Assembly (NCBI GenBank): GCA_021774575.1
Contig: JAJFIX010000023.1
Coordinates: 4,166 to 68,165 of the forward strand
DNA from: Alphaproteobacteria bacterium
GTDB lineage: Bacteria; Pseudomonadota; Alphaproteobacteria; UBA6615
DNA: 64,000 nt
Direction of reading: 5' to 3'
The position numbers and the translations under genes were made by a program. Below, piece by piece: positions 1 through 9,778 of the stretch. Below the pieces are notes generated by a model. That model saw nothing but the letters and a program-made list of their open reading frames with translations, searched no databases and was not told the origin of the DNA. Positions within the stretch are counted from its first letter, which is position 1, and every line of letters begins with the position of its first letter.

Positions 1-751
1 AAAATGGGCCCGGTTTGCCACCTATGCTGTTGGTCTGCTGATTGGTGCTGGCATGTGGCAATATTTCGGTGCCCGTGGAAACCAGTTGGCTTCGGCGTCC
101 CTAACCGAGACATTTTCTCGCTTTATTCGCCTTATCGAAAACGGTGAATTACCGACGGCCGTCGCCAATTCCATGCAGCTTTATGTCGCCGGTTTTAGTG
201 CCGCGATTATAGCAGCCAGTGCGCTCGGATTGTTGATGTCTAGAATTCGGTTTTTGCGGGTCGGAATCGAAAACTACGTGATGCTTTTATACGCGACGCC
301 GATGGTTGCGGTTGTGCCGTTCATCTCGTCGCTGCTCGGCCCATTTTTCATGGCTAAGTTTGTAGTGGTGTTCCTGTTCGGGTTTTTCCCGGTGCTCTAC
401 AATACATTGGAAGGGGGGCGCAGCCTGCGCCCCGAATTGGTCGAGGTCGCAACGTCTTTTCGGTCGGGGGAGATGGCGCTCTGGCGTGATCTCTTAATCC
501 CATACACGCTGCCCTTTATTCTGACCGGTGTTCGACAGGGCGCGGGTCGCGCCCTGGTCGGCGTCGTTGCTTCCGAATTCCTCGTCAGTAGTAGCGGCAT
601 GGGCGGGATGATCCGGTATTATGATGGAAACTATATTATCGAGGGCGTCTTCGCGACGGTCATAGTATTGACGGCAATTGGCGTCTTGCTGATGTGGCTC
701 GGTCGTCTGCTCGAGGACCGATTCGCGGCGTGGCGGGGGCTCAATCGATGA
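1..751 (+). CDS. ABC transporter permease, NitT/TauT (binding-protein-dependent) family; 5' end runs off the window
   Basis: ORF is open to the window edge. Multi-TM hydrophobic profile. EAA-like loop region ('GVRQGAGRALVGVVASE') typical of TauC/SsuC-type permeases. Confidence 0.7.
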   Translation, partial: KWARFATYAVGLLIGAGMWQYFGARGNQLASASLTETFSRFIRLIENGELPTAVANSMQLYVAGFSAAIIAASALGLLMSRIRFLRVGIENYVMLLYATPMVAVVPFISSLLGPFFMAKFVVVFLFGFFPVLYNTLEGGRSLRPELVEVATSFRSGEMALWRDLLIPYTLPFILTGVRQGAGRALVGVVASEFLVSSSGMGGMIRYYDGNYIIEGVFATVIVLTAIGVLLMWLGRLLEDRFAAWRGLNR

Positions 752-1566
752 CAGCGGTTACTCAGCACTCTTCGATGCAGGAAGAAACAACATTAAGGCG
801 TATCCTTCGGTCGGCGGCTTTCGCCAAGATTATCGTCGGCATCGTAATATTGTTGGTTTGGCAGCTAAGTATGGATTTTTTTGCTGCCGACTACGTCGCT
901 AGGCCCCTTGGTATTATTGAGGCATTGCCGTCTGTAATTGAGCATCCGAGATTTTTCCCGGCGATTAAGAACACCCTCGGCGCTGTGTGTGTAGGGCTGG
1001 TCATTGCCCTTTTCTTCGGTGTCATCGTTGGTGTTCTTATGGGGCGCATCAAGGTGGTCGATCGGCTGCTGATATTCTACGTTGTTGGGTTTTATGCCAT
1101 GCCAATGGTGGCAATTGTGCCGGTGCTGACCCTCTGGTTCGGTTCGGGCGGCACGACCCGCATGGCAATCATTTTATTCGCCGGATTCTTTTCGATTGTC
1201 CTCAATATGAGCGATGGCGCGCGGGCGACGCCGCCGGAATTTATTGAGGTGGCTCGGGCCTATCGCGCCAAGCCGTGGCATGTCTGGTTCGGTATTGCCA
1301 TACCCTCGGCGATGCCCTACCTGCTCGCAGGCATAAGGCTGGCTGCCGGTCGTGCTTTGGTCGGGGCTATCGTTGCCGAGATGATTGTCGGCGTACCGAG
1401 AAGCATGGGTAATTTTATTCGGTTGGAGGCGGGCAATCTGCGCCATGATGAGGCCTTTGTTGCGGTGCTCGTACTGGCGTTATTTGGCGTTGGAATTGAG
1501 CTTTTACTCAACCAGTCGACCCGAATTTTCCTGCCGTGGTACCGGCGCGAAGGTCGAGGTGCCTAG
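748..1566 (+). CDS. ABC transporter permease, NitT/TauT family (second permease)
   Basis: ATG at 748 overlaps the upstream stop (ATGA). Paralogous TM architecture with a conserved 'AGRALVGAIVAEM' permease signature. Confidence 0.7.
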   Translation: MTAVTQHSSMQEETTLRRILRSAAFAKIIVGIVILLVWQLSMDFFAADYVARPLGIIEALPSVIEHPRFFPAIKNTLGAVCVGLVIALFFGVIVGVLMGRIKVVDRLLIFYVVGFYAMPMVAIVPVLTLWFGSGGTTRMAIILFAGFFSIVLNMSDGARATPPEFIEVARAYRAKPWHVWFGIAIPSAMPYLLAGIRLAAGRALVGAIVAEMIVGVPRSMGNFIRLEAGNLRHDEAFVAVLVLALFGVGIELLLNQSTRIFLPWYRREGRGA

Positions 1567-2749
1567 CCACACAGATGCGGTCGCAGGTCTGCTGGCAGCC
1601 GAGCACCCACGGTTTACCGATGCCGAATTTGCCCGTCGCCGGGCCGTTCTCGAAACACTCATGGAACAGAACGGCGTCACCCAACTTTTGGTTTATGGTG
1701 CAAGTCGAACGGGATCGGCAGTTCAATGGCTGACCGGTTGGCCGGTTACGGCTGAGGCTGCGATTGTTGTTGCGCCGGGCGAGCGCGACATCATGTTTGC
1801 TCAATATTTCAATCATCTGCCGCTGGCCCGAAAGATGGCGCGGGACGCCGAAATACGCTGGGGCGGGCCGTCGACAATTGGCGCCGTCGTTGCCGAACTT
1901 GGGCGTCGGCTCGGCGGCCCGACAGGTCGGCTCGGGATTTTGGGGCCAGTCGGATACAAAATGCATGGGGCCCTGGTTGATCTGGCCGGTTCGGTCGTAG
2001 ATCTCGGTCCCGCCTACGGTGCCGTGCGCCTAAACAAGTCCGATGAGGAAATTAATTGGCTGCGGGTAGGGGCGGCTTTCAGCGACCTCGGTGTGGCGGG
2101 GCTGCGCGAACAGGCGCGGGCAGGCCATACCGAACATCAGCTTGCCGATATTGTCGAGCGCTCTTATGTGCCCCTGGGTGGTGCCACTCACATCCATTAT
2201 CTTGGCGCGACATCAATGGATGCGCCCGGCGTCGCGGTCCCTCGGCAATTCACTTCCGGTCACAAAATCAGTAAAGGCGACGTCGTCACGGCAGAACTCA
2301 GCGCAGCTTTTTGGGGCTATGCCGGTCAGGTGTTACGAAGTTTTATCGTTGGTGCAGCGCCGACGCCGCTTTATCGAGATTTGATGGGTGTGGCGGAAAA
2401 CGCGTTTGAGGCCATCACCGGCAAAATACGGCCCGGGGTGCATGTGCAGGCGCTGGTCGACGCGGCGGGGCTGATCGGTGAGGCAGGTTTTACCACGATA
2501 GACGACGTAGTGCACGGCTATGGCGGCGGATATCTGCCGCCGGTTTTGAGTGCGCCGGGCCGGGCCGACAATACCGTGCCCGACATGAAACTTACCGAGG
2601 GAATGGTGCTGGTGGTTCAGCCCAATGTGGTTACCTTGGATGAGAAGGCGGGGGTACAGACCGGCGAACTCGGCATCGTCACCAAAACCGGTTTTGAGAG
2701 CCTGCATCATGCGCCCCGCGGCTTTTTGGAAATAGAGGGAGGAAATTGA
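1559..2749 (+). CDS. M24-family metallohydrolase (creatinase / Xaa-Pro dipeptidase-like)
   Basis: GTG at 1559 is in frame immediately after the permease stop. Creatinase-type N-domain followed by a pita-bread M24 C-domain. The six-frame ORF extends upstream only because no stop intervenes. Confidence 0.6.
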   Translation: MPSHTDAVAGLLAAEHPRFTDAEFARRRAVLETLMEQNGVTQLLVYGASRTGSAVQWLTGWPVTAEAAIVVAPGERDIMFAQYFNHLPLARKMARDAEIRWGGPSTIGAVVAELGRRLGGPTGRLGILGPVGYKMHGALVDLAGSVVDLGPAYGAVRLNKSDEEINWLRVGAAFSDLGVAGLREQARAGHTEHQLADIVERSYVPLGGATHIHYLGATSMDAPGVAVPRQFTSGHKISKGDVVTAELSAAFWGYAGQVLRSFIVGAAPTPLYRDLMGVAENAFEAITGKIRPGVHVQALVDAAGLIGEAGFTTIDDVVHGYGGGYLPPVLSAPGRADNTVPDMKLTEGMVLVVQPNVVTLDEKAGVQTGELGIVTKTGFESLHHAPRGFLEIEGGN

Positions 2750-2750
2750 C

Positions 2751-3809
2751 GTGGATGCACTGGTCCAGGCGGCGATCACCCATTGGGCGCCGCGCTTTGT
2801 CGCCAACGGCGTTCCGTTCACCGATTTTCAAGAGGTAACGGCCGGAATTGAGACGTGGGATCAATGGTGTGGTGCCTGGAGCGCGCGGGCGGCCATCCAT
2901 GAAGGAATTGGACGCGGCGAGCTCGATGATGGCCATAATTTGAGCGCGGCCCAGCATTTAAGCGCGGCGGCGGTTTGTTATCATTTCGGCAAATATCTTT
3001 GCGTTCATGATCGCGAAGAAATGCAGGTTGCTCATATGAAAGCAGTTGCGTGCCGAAATCTCGCCTTGCCGCATCTCGCCCCGCCAGGGGGGCGCGTTGA
3101 AATTCCCTACGAAGGCGGAACGCTTTTTGGCAATCTTCGCAAGCCGAGCGGTGCCCAATGCCCGCCCATTGTCGTCATGTGCATGGGGCTTGATTCGGCC
3201 AAAGAGGAAATGGATGCCTATGAGGTGAGCTTCCTCGAGCGTGGGTTGGCGACCCTGGCATTTGATGGGCCAGGGCAGGGCGAGGGGGAGTATGACTTCG
3301 TCATTCGCCACGATTATGAAAAGCCGGTGGCGGCGGTCCTGGATTGGCTGAGCGGATGCACCGATATCGATGCGAAGTCCGTGGCCATCTGGGGGGTCAG
3401 CTTGGGCGGTTATTACGCTGCCCGCGCGGCGGCTTTCGAGCCACGCATAAAGGCCGCCGTCACCCTTTCCGGGCCCTTCAATTGGGGGGCGATTTGGGAA
3501 AGTTTGCCGCCCATCACCCGCAAGGCATTCGAGGTACGTGCCGGCTGCGCCAACGAGGAAGAGGCGCACGCCAGGGCGAAGGACTTGGCGCTTGATGGGA
3601 TTGCCGAAAAAATTACCTGCCCTATATTCATTGTCGGCGGCAAGCGTGACCGGGTCATCCCGTGGCAGGATGCGGCGCGTTTGGCGGCCGAGGCCTCGGG
3701 CCCGGTAGTGCCCCTGATGATCGAGGATGGCGGACATGTGGCCAATAATCGAGGGTATCTATACCGCACCCAAACGGCGGATTGGCTGGCTGAACAGCTT
3801 CGCAATTGA
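2751..3809 (+). CDS. alpha/beta-fold hydrolase (FrsA / dienelactone-hydrolase-like esterase)
   Basis: GxSxG nucleophile elbow 'GVSLGG'. Overall 350 aa with an alpha/beta hydrolase layout and a C-terminal His. Confidence 0.6.
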   Translation: MDALVQAAITHWAPRFVANGVPFTDFQEVTAGIETWDQWCGAWSARAAIHEGIGRGELDDGHNLSAAQHLSAAAVCYHFGKYLCVHDREEMQVAHMKAVACRNLALPHLAPPGGRVEIPYEGGTLFGNLRKPSGAQCPPIVVMCMGLDSAKEEMDAYEVSFLERGLATLAFDGPGQGEGEYDFVIRHDYEKPVAAVLDWLSGCTDIDAKSVAIWGVSLGGYYAARAAAFEPRIKAAVTLSGPFNWGAIWESLPPITRKAFEVRAGCANEEEAHARAKDLALDGIAEKITCPIFIVGGKRDRVIPWQDAARLAAEASGPVVPLMIEDGGHVANNRGYLYRTQTADWLAEQLRN

Positions 3810-3845
3810 CAGGCGCGGCCCGAAATGGAATCCTAGGATAGTTTT

Positions 3846-5189
3846 ATGCAATCGTTTGCACAGCTTTCTAAGGCAGAGGAAAAATTTATGAATATTCAAC
3901 GGCCGGATCCGACCATCGTTACACCCGATCTCGATGACCCACGGTTTTTGTGGGGGCGGCCGATACCCGCGCCTGGTCATAGTGCCGTTGATTTTGAGGA
4001 ACGGGTGAGTTTCAGCCGGCTGCATAGTTACCGGCTGGCCCGCGCCAGGTCGGCGCTGAAAAAGTCCAATCTCGGCGCGTTCCTTTGCTTCGACAATAAT
4101 AACATCCGCTATATAACCTCGACCTGCATCGGCGAATGGTCTCGCGACAAGGTCGCGCGCTATTCTTTGCTGGCTGGCGATGATGAGCCCTATTTGTGGG
4201 ATTTTGGATCTGCGGCGGCCCATCATCGGCTCACCGCCCCGTGGCTGGAAACCGACCATTGCAAGGCCGGTTTGGTCGGTTTGCGGGGCTCGGTTACGCC
4301 AAAGGCAAATCTTTATAAAAAGGCGGCGGAGGAAATTCATGACCTGCTCAAGTCGGCCGGTGTTGCCGACCAGCCATTAGGTGTCGACATTGTCGAATTG
4401 CCGATGATTTTTGCCTTGCAAGAGTGCGGTATCGAGGTAGTCGACAGCCAGCAGATCTTGCTCAACGCCCGTGAAATTAAGAGCATGGACGAAATTACCC
4501 TGCTCAATATGGCGGCGACCATGGTCGATGGCGCCTACCAGGTCATTGCGGAAAATTTGAAGCCGGGAATGCGCGAAAATGACCTTGTCGCCCTGGCCAA
4601 CAAGTTTCTCTACGAGCATGGCTCAGATGATGTGGAAGCGATCAACGCGGTTTCGGGCGAACGCTGTAACCCCCACCCCCATAACTTTACCGATCGTATG
4701 TATCGTCCGGGGGACCAAGCCTTCTTCGATGTCATCCAATCCTATATGGGGTATCGGACATGTTATTACCGGACATTGAATGTCGGTAAGGCCTCGATGC
4801 CCCAGCGTGACGCCTATAAGCAGGCGCGCGAATGGCTGGACGCGGCAATCAACATGGTCAAGCCGGGTGTAACCACCGATCAAATTGCCGCCGTATGGCC
4901 TAAAGCCCAGGATTTTGGGTTCGAAAACGAGATGGAGGCCTTCGGCCTTCAGTTTGGGCACGGGCTTGGCATGGCACTGCATGAGCGTCCGGTGATCAGC
5001 CGCCTCATATCCTTCGACGATCCTATTGAGCTGAAGGAAGGCATGGTTTTTGCTCTGGAAACCTATTGCCCGGCGAGTGATGGCGTCTCGGCGGCCCGGA
5101 TCGAAGAAGAGGTCGTGGTCACCCCGAACGGCGCCCAGGTGATCACCCTGTTCCCGGCCGATGAGCTTTTCATCGCCAATCAGTATTAG
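3846..5189 (+). CDS. M24-family metallohydrolase (creatinase / DddP / ectoine-hydrolase-like, ~440 aa)
   Basis: M24 metal-ligand region 'GHGLGMALHE' with a conserved Glu-containing C-terminus. The alternative start at ATG 3888 has a better RBS (GAGGA). Confidence 0.6.
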   Translation: MQSFAQLSKAEEKFMNIQRPDPTIVTPDLDDPRFLWGRPIPAPGHSAVDFEERVSFSRLHSYRLARARSALKKSNLGAFLCFDNNNIRYITSTCIGEWSRDKVARYSLLAGDDEPYLWDFGSAAAHHRLTAPWLETDHCKAGLVGLRGSVTPKANLYKKAAEEIHDLLKSAGVADQPLGVDIVELPMIFALQECGIEVVDSQQILLNAREIKSMDEITLLNMAATMVDGAYQVIAENLKPGMRENDLVALANKFLYEHGSDDVEAINAVSGERCNPHPHNFTDRMYRPGDQAFFDVIQSYMGYRTCYYRTLNVGKASMPQRDAYKQAREWLDAAINMVKPGVTTDQIAAVWPKAQDFGFENEMEAFGLQFGHGLGMALHERPVISRLISFDDPIELKEGMVFALETYCPASDGVSAARIEEEVVVTPNGAQVITLFPADELFIANQY

Positions 5190-5272
5190 GCTTTTTTAAA
5201 TGCTTCACGCCCTCCGCGCCTTTATCGGTGCGGGGGGCGCTTCATTTCGTCTTGAGATAGGAATATCGAAAC

Positions 5273-6739
5273 ATGGCACCTGACAGTCTGCCGGCCCTCA
5301 AAACCGGACTTTTCATTGGCGGCGCATGGCGGGACGCTTCGGATGGCGGCACCATCGAGGTGATCAACCCGGCAACCGAAACGGCGATTGCGTCGGTTGC
5401 CAGCGCGACGGCCCAAGACGCCATGGCAGCGGTTGATGCGGCGGATTTGGCCGCGCCGGCTTGGGCGGCGACGAGCCCACGTGAGCGCTCCGAAATCCTA
5501 CGTCGGGCTTTCGATCTTATGACCGCTCGTAAGGATGAAATTGCTCGGCTGATTGTTTTAGAAAACGGCAAGGCGCTGCCCGACGCCCAGGGCGAGGCGG
5601 CCTATGCCGCCGAGTTCTTCCGTTGGTATGCCGAAGAGGCGGTGCGCAATATCGGCGATCTCTATACCGCGCCTTCGGGGGCAAATCGCATCATGGTGAC
5701 CCAGCAACCGGTCGGTATTGCGCTGTTGATTACGCCGTGGAATTTTCCTGCGGCAATGGGCACCCGCAAGATCGGCCCGGCGCTTGCCGCCGGATGCACG
5801 GTGATCTTAAAACCGGCATCGGAGACACCGCTGACTGCGTTACTGATTGCCGATATTTTGGCCGAGGCCGGTGTCCCCGACGGGGTGGTTAATGTCATTT
5901 CCGCGCGTGGGTCTTCGGGGGTGCTGGAACACATCCTTGACGATGATCGGGTGCGCAAACTGTCTTTCACCGGCTCGACGGAAGTGGGGCGAACCTTGCT
6001 GCGCCAGGCAGCGAACACAATCGTCAACTGCTCGATGGAGTTGGGCGGGAACGCACCTTTTCTGGTGTTTGCCGATGCCGATATCGATGCGGCGGTCGAG
6101 GGTGCCATGGTGGCAAAAATGCGCAATGGGGGCGAGGCCTGCACGGCGGCCAATCGGTTTTATGTCGAAGCCTCGGTGGCAGATATATTTGCCGAGAAAT
6201 TTGCCACCGCCATGTCGGCGTTGAAAGTCGGCCCCGGCCTGGATGCGGATGTGCAACTCGGGCCACTGGTTAATGCCGAGGCGCGCGAGACCGTGCAGGC
6301 CTTTGTCACCGATGCGCTGGACCGTGGGGCGAAGCTGGTTACCGGTGGGCTGGTCACCGGCGGCGCGGCTCCCGAGGGTACCGGTTATTTTTACCCGCCG
6401 ACGGTGCTCTCTAATGTCGATCCGAAATCGGATCTTTGCCATGATGAAATTTTTGGGCCGGTGGCGCCGATCATTCCGTTTACCTCCGAGGACGAGGCCG
6501 TCGCACAGGCCAACGACACCGAATATGGACTGATTTCATATATTTATACCGCCGACATCGCCAAGGGATTGCGCGTTGCCGAGCGGATAGACTCAGGAAT
6601 GGTCGGGCTCAACCGTGGTGTGATCTCGGATCCCGCCGCGCCGTTCGGCGGCATGAAGCAGAGCGGCATTGGGCGGGAGGGCGCCCATGACGGCATGCTC
6701 GAATTTTTAGAGAAAAAATATATTGCGCTCAGCTGGTAG
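5273..6739 (+). CDS. gabD: NAD(P)-dependent succinate-semialdehyde dehydrogenase (aldehyde dehydrogenase family)
   Basis: Full-length ALDH: 'ITPWNFP', catalytic 'ELGGNAP', Cys in 'GEACTAANR'. Strong GabD-like similarity over the whole length. Confidence 0.85.
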   Translation: MAPDSLPALKTGLFIGGAWRDASDGGTIEVINPATETAIASVASATAQDAMAAVDAADLAAPAWAATSPRERSEILRRAFDLMTARKDEIARLIVLENGKALPDAQGEAAYAAEFFRWYAEEAVRNIGDLYTAPSGANRIMVTQQPVGIALLITPWNFPAAMGTRKIGPALAAGCTVILKPASETPLTALLIADILAEAGVPDGVVNVISARGSSGVLEHILDDDRVRKLSFTGSTEVGRTLLRQAANTIVNCSMELGGNAPFLVFADADIDAAVEGAMVAKMRNGGEACTAANRFYVEASVADIFAEKFATAMSALKVGPGLDADVQLGPLVNAEARETVQAFVTDALDRGAKLVTGGLVTGGAAPEGTGYFYPPTVLSNVDPKSDLCHDEIFGPVAPIIPFTSEDEAVAQANDTEYGLISYIYTADIAKGLRVAERIDSGMVGLNRGVISDPAAPFGGMKQSGIGREGAHDGMLEFLEKKYIALSW

Positions 6740-7760
6740 GCGGAACTTGGCCCGTTGACCCGCGTACGACAAGGTGCGGGGTCAACTCCATTGTGCCTGT
6801 TTTTGGGTTTTCGCCTGACAGGCGCCCAAGCATTGCTTGGGCGGCAGCCGCCCCCATTTTCCTGAGAGGGACGCTGACGGTTGTCAATGGCGGAGCCAAG
6901 CGGTCGACGATCGGCATGTCATTGAAGCCGACGATGGAAATGTCGGCCGGGCAGTTTAAATTCAGCGCCTCACTCGCCGCGTAACATCCCAAGGCTTGCA
7001 TATCGTTCCCGGCGACAATTGCCGTTGGCGGTGACGGCTGGTCCATCAGCGCAATCAGGGCCCGCTGACCCTCGGCCTCGCTGAAGGCATCGCAGGCGGC
7101 GATATTGGCAGGGGGACAGTCGAGACCATGGGCGGCCATGGCATGGCGAAACCCGGCAATTCTGCGATGGCCGGTTGACAGTCTTTCCGGACCGGCGATA
7201 TGGGCAATGCGCCGGTGGCCGAGGGCCGCCAGATGATCGACGGCGACCCGAATGCCCGCAGCATCGTCGGTCAGGATACAGTCAATATTTTCGACCTGGG
7301 TGGCGCGGTTGATCAGCACCAAGGCAAGCTTGTCATCGATTATGTCGCGAACCAATTTATCGTCGCGCCGGGCGGTGGCGAGGATCAGGCCATCGACCTG
7401 ACGGCCACGCATGGCGGCGATTAATGTTTCTTCGCGCGCCGGGTCATTATCGGTGTTGGCCAGGATTACCGTGTAATTTGACTGACCGAGCACTTCCTCG
7501 ATGCCGCGTATGAGCGGGGGGAACACCGGATTGGTTAAGTCGGGAATGATCACCCCGATGGTAAAAGATCGACTGGTTCGAAGGGAATAAGCAAAAAGAT
7601 TGGGTCGGTAGCCAAGTTCCTTTGCCGCTGCGGCGACGGCGGTGGCAATTTCAGGGGAAACCATGCCGCGTGTCGCTGGATTAAGAACCCGCGACACCGT
7701 TGATGAATGGACGCCGACCTTGGCGGCCACGTCTTTTAAGGTTATGCGCTCGTTGCTCAT
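6729..7760 (-). CDS. LacI-family transcriptional regulator
   Basis: N-terminal HTH 'ITLKDVAAKVGVHSSTVSRVLN' and a periplasmic-binding-like sugar-binding domain. Start trimmed to the ATG at 7760 (MSNERITLKD). Confidence 0.85.
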   Translation of the reverse strand: MSNERITLKDVAAKVGVHSSTVSRVLNPATRGMVSPEIATAVAAAAKELGYRPNLFAYSLRTSRSFTIGVIIPDLTNPVFPPLIRGIEEVLGQSNYTVILANTDNDPAREETLIAAMRGRQVDGLILATARRDDKLVRDIIDDKLALVLINRATQVENIDCILTDDAAGIRVAVDHLAALGHRRIAHIAGPERLSTGHRRIAGFRHAMAAHGLDCPPANIAACDAFSEAEGQRALIALMDQPSPPTAIVAGNDMQALGCYAASEALNLNCPADISIVGFNDMPIVDRLAPPLTTVSVPLRKMGAAAAQAMLGRLSGENPKTGTMELTPHLVVRGSTGQVPPTS

Positions 7761-7891
7761 TTTCCCTGGGCTCGACTGCATCTTCATGTTTTGCCTTCGT
7801 AAGGCTCTTGGCGTATAAAATTTCACCATGTTCTGCAAACGATTGCACGAACATTCGTTCATGAGAGTTTTAAGCATTGAAGGGTGATCTA

Positions 7892-8827
7892 ATGGCCGAG
7901 ATAGATTTGAAAAAATATTCCATTGGCTGGATTGGTGCCGGACGTATGGGATATCCGATGGCCGAACGGTTAATCAAGGCTGGCTGTGATGTTACAGTCT
8001 ATAACCGGACCAAGGCCAAAGCAGAGCCCCTGGCCGCCCTGGGAGCCAAGCTCGCCGATAGTCCGGCCGATCTTGCGGATCGTGATATTGTCTTTACCAT
8101 GGTCTCCGGCCCAGCCGATTTGCTGCAGGTGACTGGCGGGGAGCAAGGTGTCTTGTCGGTTTCGGGAACAGTGCCGAAAATGCTCATCGATTGTTCGTCG
8201 GTATCTGAGGAAGCTTCGGCCGAAGTGCGTGCGGCGGCGGCAAAACTTGGAGTGGCGATGCTGGCCGCGCCGGTCAGCGGCAATGGCAAAGTCGTCAAAG
8301 CCGGCAAACTTTCCATCGTTGCATCGGGGCCGCAAGAGAGTTTCGAAATCGCTGAGCCCTATCTTGATGTGATTGGGGTCGGGGTCTCTTATGTCGGCGA
8401 CGGCGAACTCGCGCGGATGGTCAAGATTTGCCACAATGTCCTGCTTGGGGTGGTTATCCAGAATTTGGCGGAAATAACCGTATTGGCGGAAAAAGGCGGC
8501 GTTCCGCGCCATGCCTTCCTCGATTTTATCAATAAGAGTGTGATGGGATCGATGTTTACCAAATATAAGACACCGGGCATGGTTAATCTCGATTACGCGC
8601 CGACCTTCACCCCGCCGCTTCTACGCAAGGATTTAGAGCTCGGGCTGGCAGCAGCCAAGCGGCTTGGAGTGCCGATGCCGGTAACCGTGACCACGTCAGA
8701 GATTGTCCAAGCGGCCATCGGCCTCGGGCATAGCGAAAAGGATTTCTCCATACTGCTCGATATGCAAGCCAAGGCGTCGGGGATGGAGCTGAAATCCGAA
8801 GAGATGGAGGTCGATACCGGCCTCTAA
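7892..8827 (+). CDS. NAD-binding 3-hydroxyisobutyrate / 2-hydroxy-3-oxopropionate dehydrogenase-family oxidoreductase
   Basis: N-terminal Rossmann motif 'IGWIGAGRMG' and a HIBADH-type C-domain. Confidence 0.75.
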   Translation: MAEIDLKKYSIGWIGAGRMGYPMAERLIKAGCDVTVYNRTKAKAEPLAALGAKLADSPADLADRDIVFTMVSGPADLLQVTGGEQGVLSVSGTVPKMLIDCSSVSEEASAEVRAAAAKLGVAMLAAPVSGNGKVVKAGKLSIVASGPQESFEIAEPYLDVIGVGVSYVGDGELARMVKICHNVLLGVVIQNLAEITVLAEKGGVPRHAFLDFINKSVMGSMFTKYKTPGMVNLDYAPTFTPPLLRKDLELGLAAAKRLGVPMPVTVTTSEIVQAAIGLGHSEKDFSILLDMQAKASGMELKSEEMEVDTGL

Positions 8828-8848
8828 TTCCAGTAAGTAGGGAAAAAC

Positions 8849-9484
8849 CTAGTTAACAGTGGGCGTAATTTGCGCGATTAAATCCTCGATAGAGCCGCCG
8901 TTTCGGCGCAAAATCGTTGCAAATTCCGTCTTCTGGGACTGCAGAAAACTCTTATTATTGATCGCTAAATCCAGCACCTTCGGCTGGCCTTCAATAACGT
9001 CGATAGTCCAGATAATAGGCGACGAAAAATGATCGGTCACCAGGACCGTGTTGACTTCAAATCTCCGGTTCTCGGATTCAGGACTATCGATTTCATTTGT
9101 GGCAAATATCTCGAAATGCCCGGTTGTTGGGAGGTTATCAACAACTGTGCTCGCCACAAATTCGGTCAAGGCGACAATGAAATGTTCTTTTTCCTCGTCG
9201 CTTGCAGTGATCCAGTGGCGGCCGAGGGTCAGCCGGGCAATCGCTTCCGTGGCGAAGGACGTGGTAAATGTGTCGCGCATCGCGGCGCGGCGCTCCAGGG
9301 GCTCAAGGGACGCATCCGTCAGCGCTGTAACGCCCTGCGCAGTCAAAACCTGGATAAATTGAGGGGCAACTAGGCTATTTGAGCTGCCAGCCCCGTCGGG
9401 CATTGCTGTAACCGGCTGACTGATGGTGAGAAGCATCAACGCCCAGGCGGCGCACGCAATAAAATGCCTTGCGCCTGCGGTCAT
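8849..9484 (-). CDS. MlaC/Ttg2D-family periplasmic lipid-binding protein (paralogue 1)
   Basis: Signal peptide. Aligns by eye to E. coli MlaC ('LTLGRHWITASDEEKEHFIVALTEFV' ~ '[26 protein letters not shown]'). Confidence 0.7.
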   Translation of the reverse strand: MTAGARHFIACAAWALMLLTISQPVTAMPDGAGSSNSLVAPQFIQVLTAQGVTALTDASLEPLERRAAMRDTFTTSFATEAIARLTLGRHWITASDEEKEHFIVALTEFVASTVVDNLPTTGHFEIFATNEIDSPESENRRFEVNTVLVTDHFSSPIIWTIDVIEGQPKVLDLAINNKSFLQSQKTEFATILRRNGGSIEDLIAQITPTVN

Positions 9485-9778
9485 TATTTTACCACTTAGA
9501 GGTGAGTTGCCGTCATTGGTTTGTTTGTTCATCAGGCGGGTCACTTCGAATTTGTTATTATCACTGAGGTGACGAACTGATATTGGGTATCTGAAATAAC
9601 AGAATACCCAGCAAGGGCTGATCGATGGCAGCCAGCGAGAGCCGCCTCGGCACCAGGGGACATTACCCCATAATTTAGTTGCTGAGAAAGCGCAAATTAG
9701 GGAAAATCGTTGCTATTAGGTCACAAATGGACCTGAAGTGCTGTGGATAGATGTGCTCTGGTTTTCGGGAGGCGGCGG

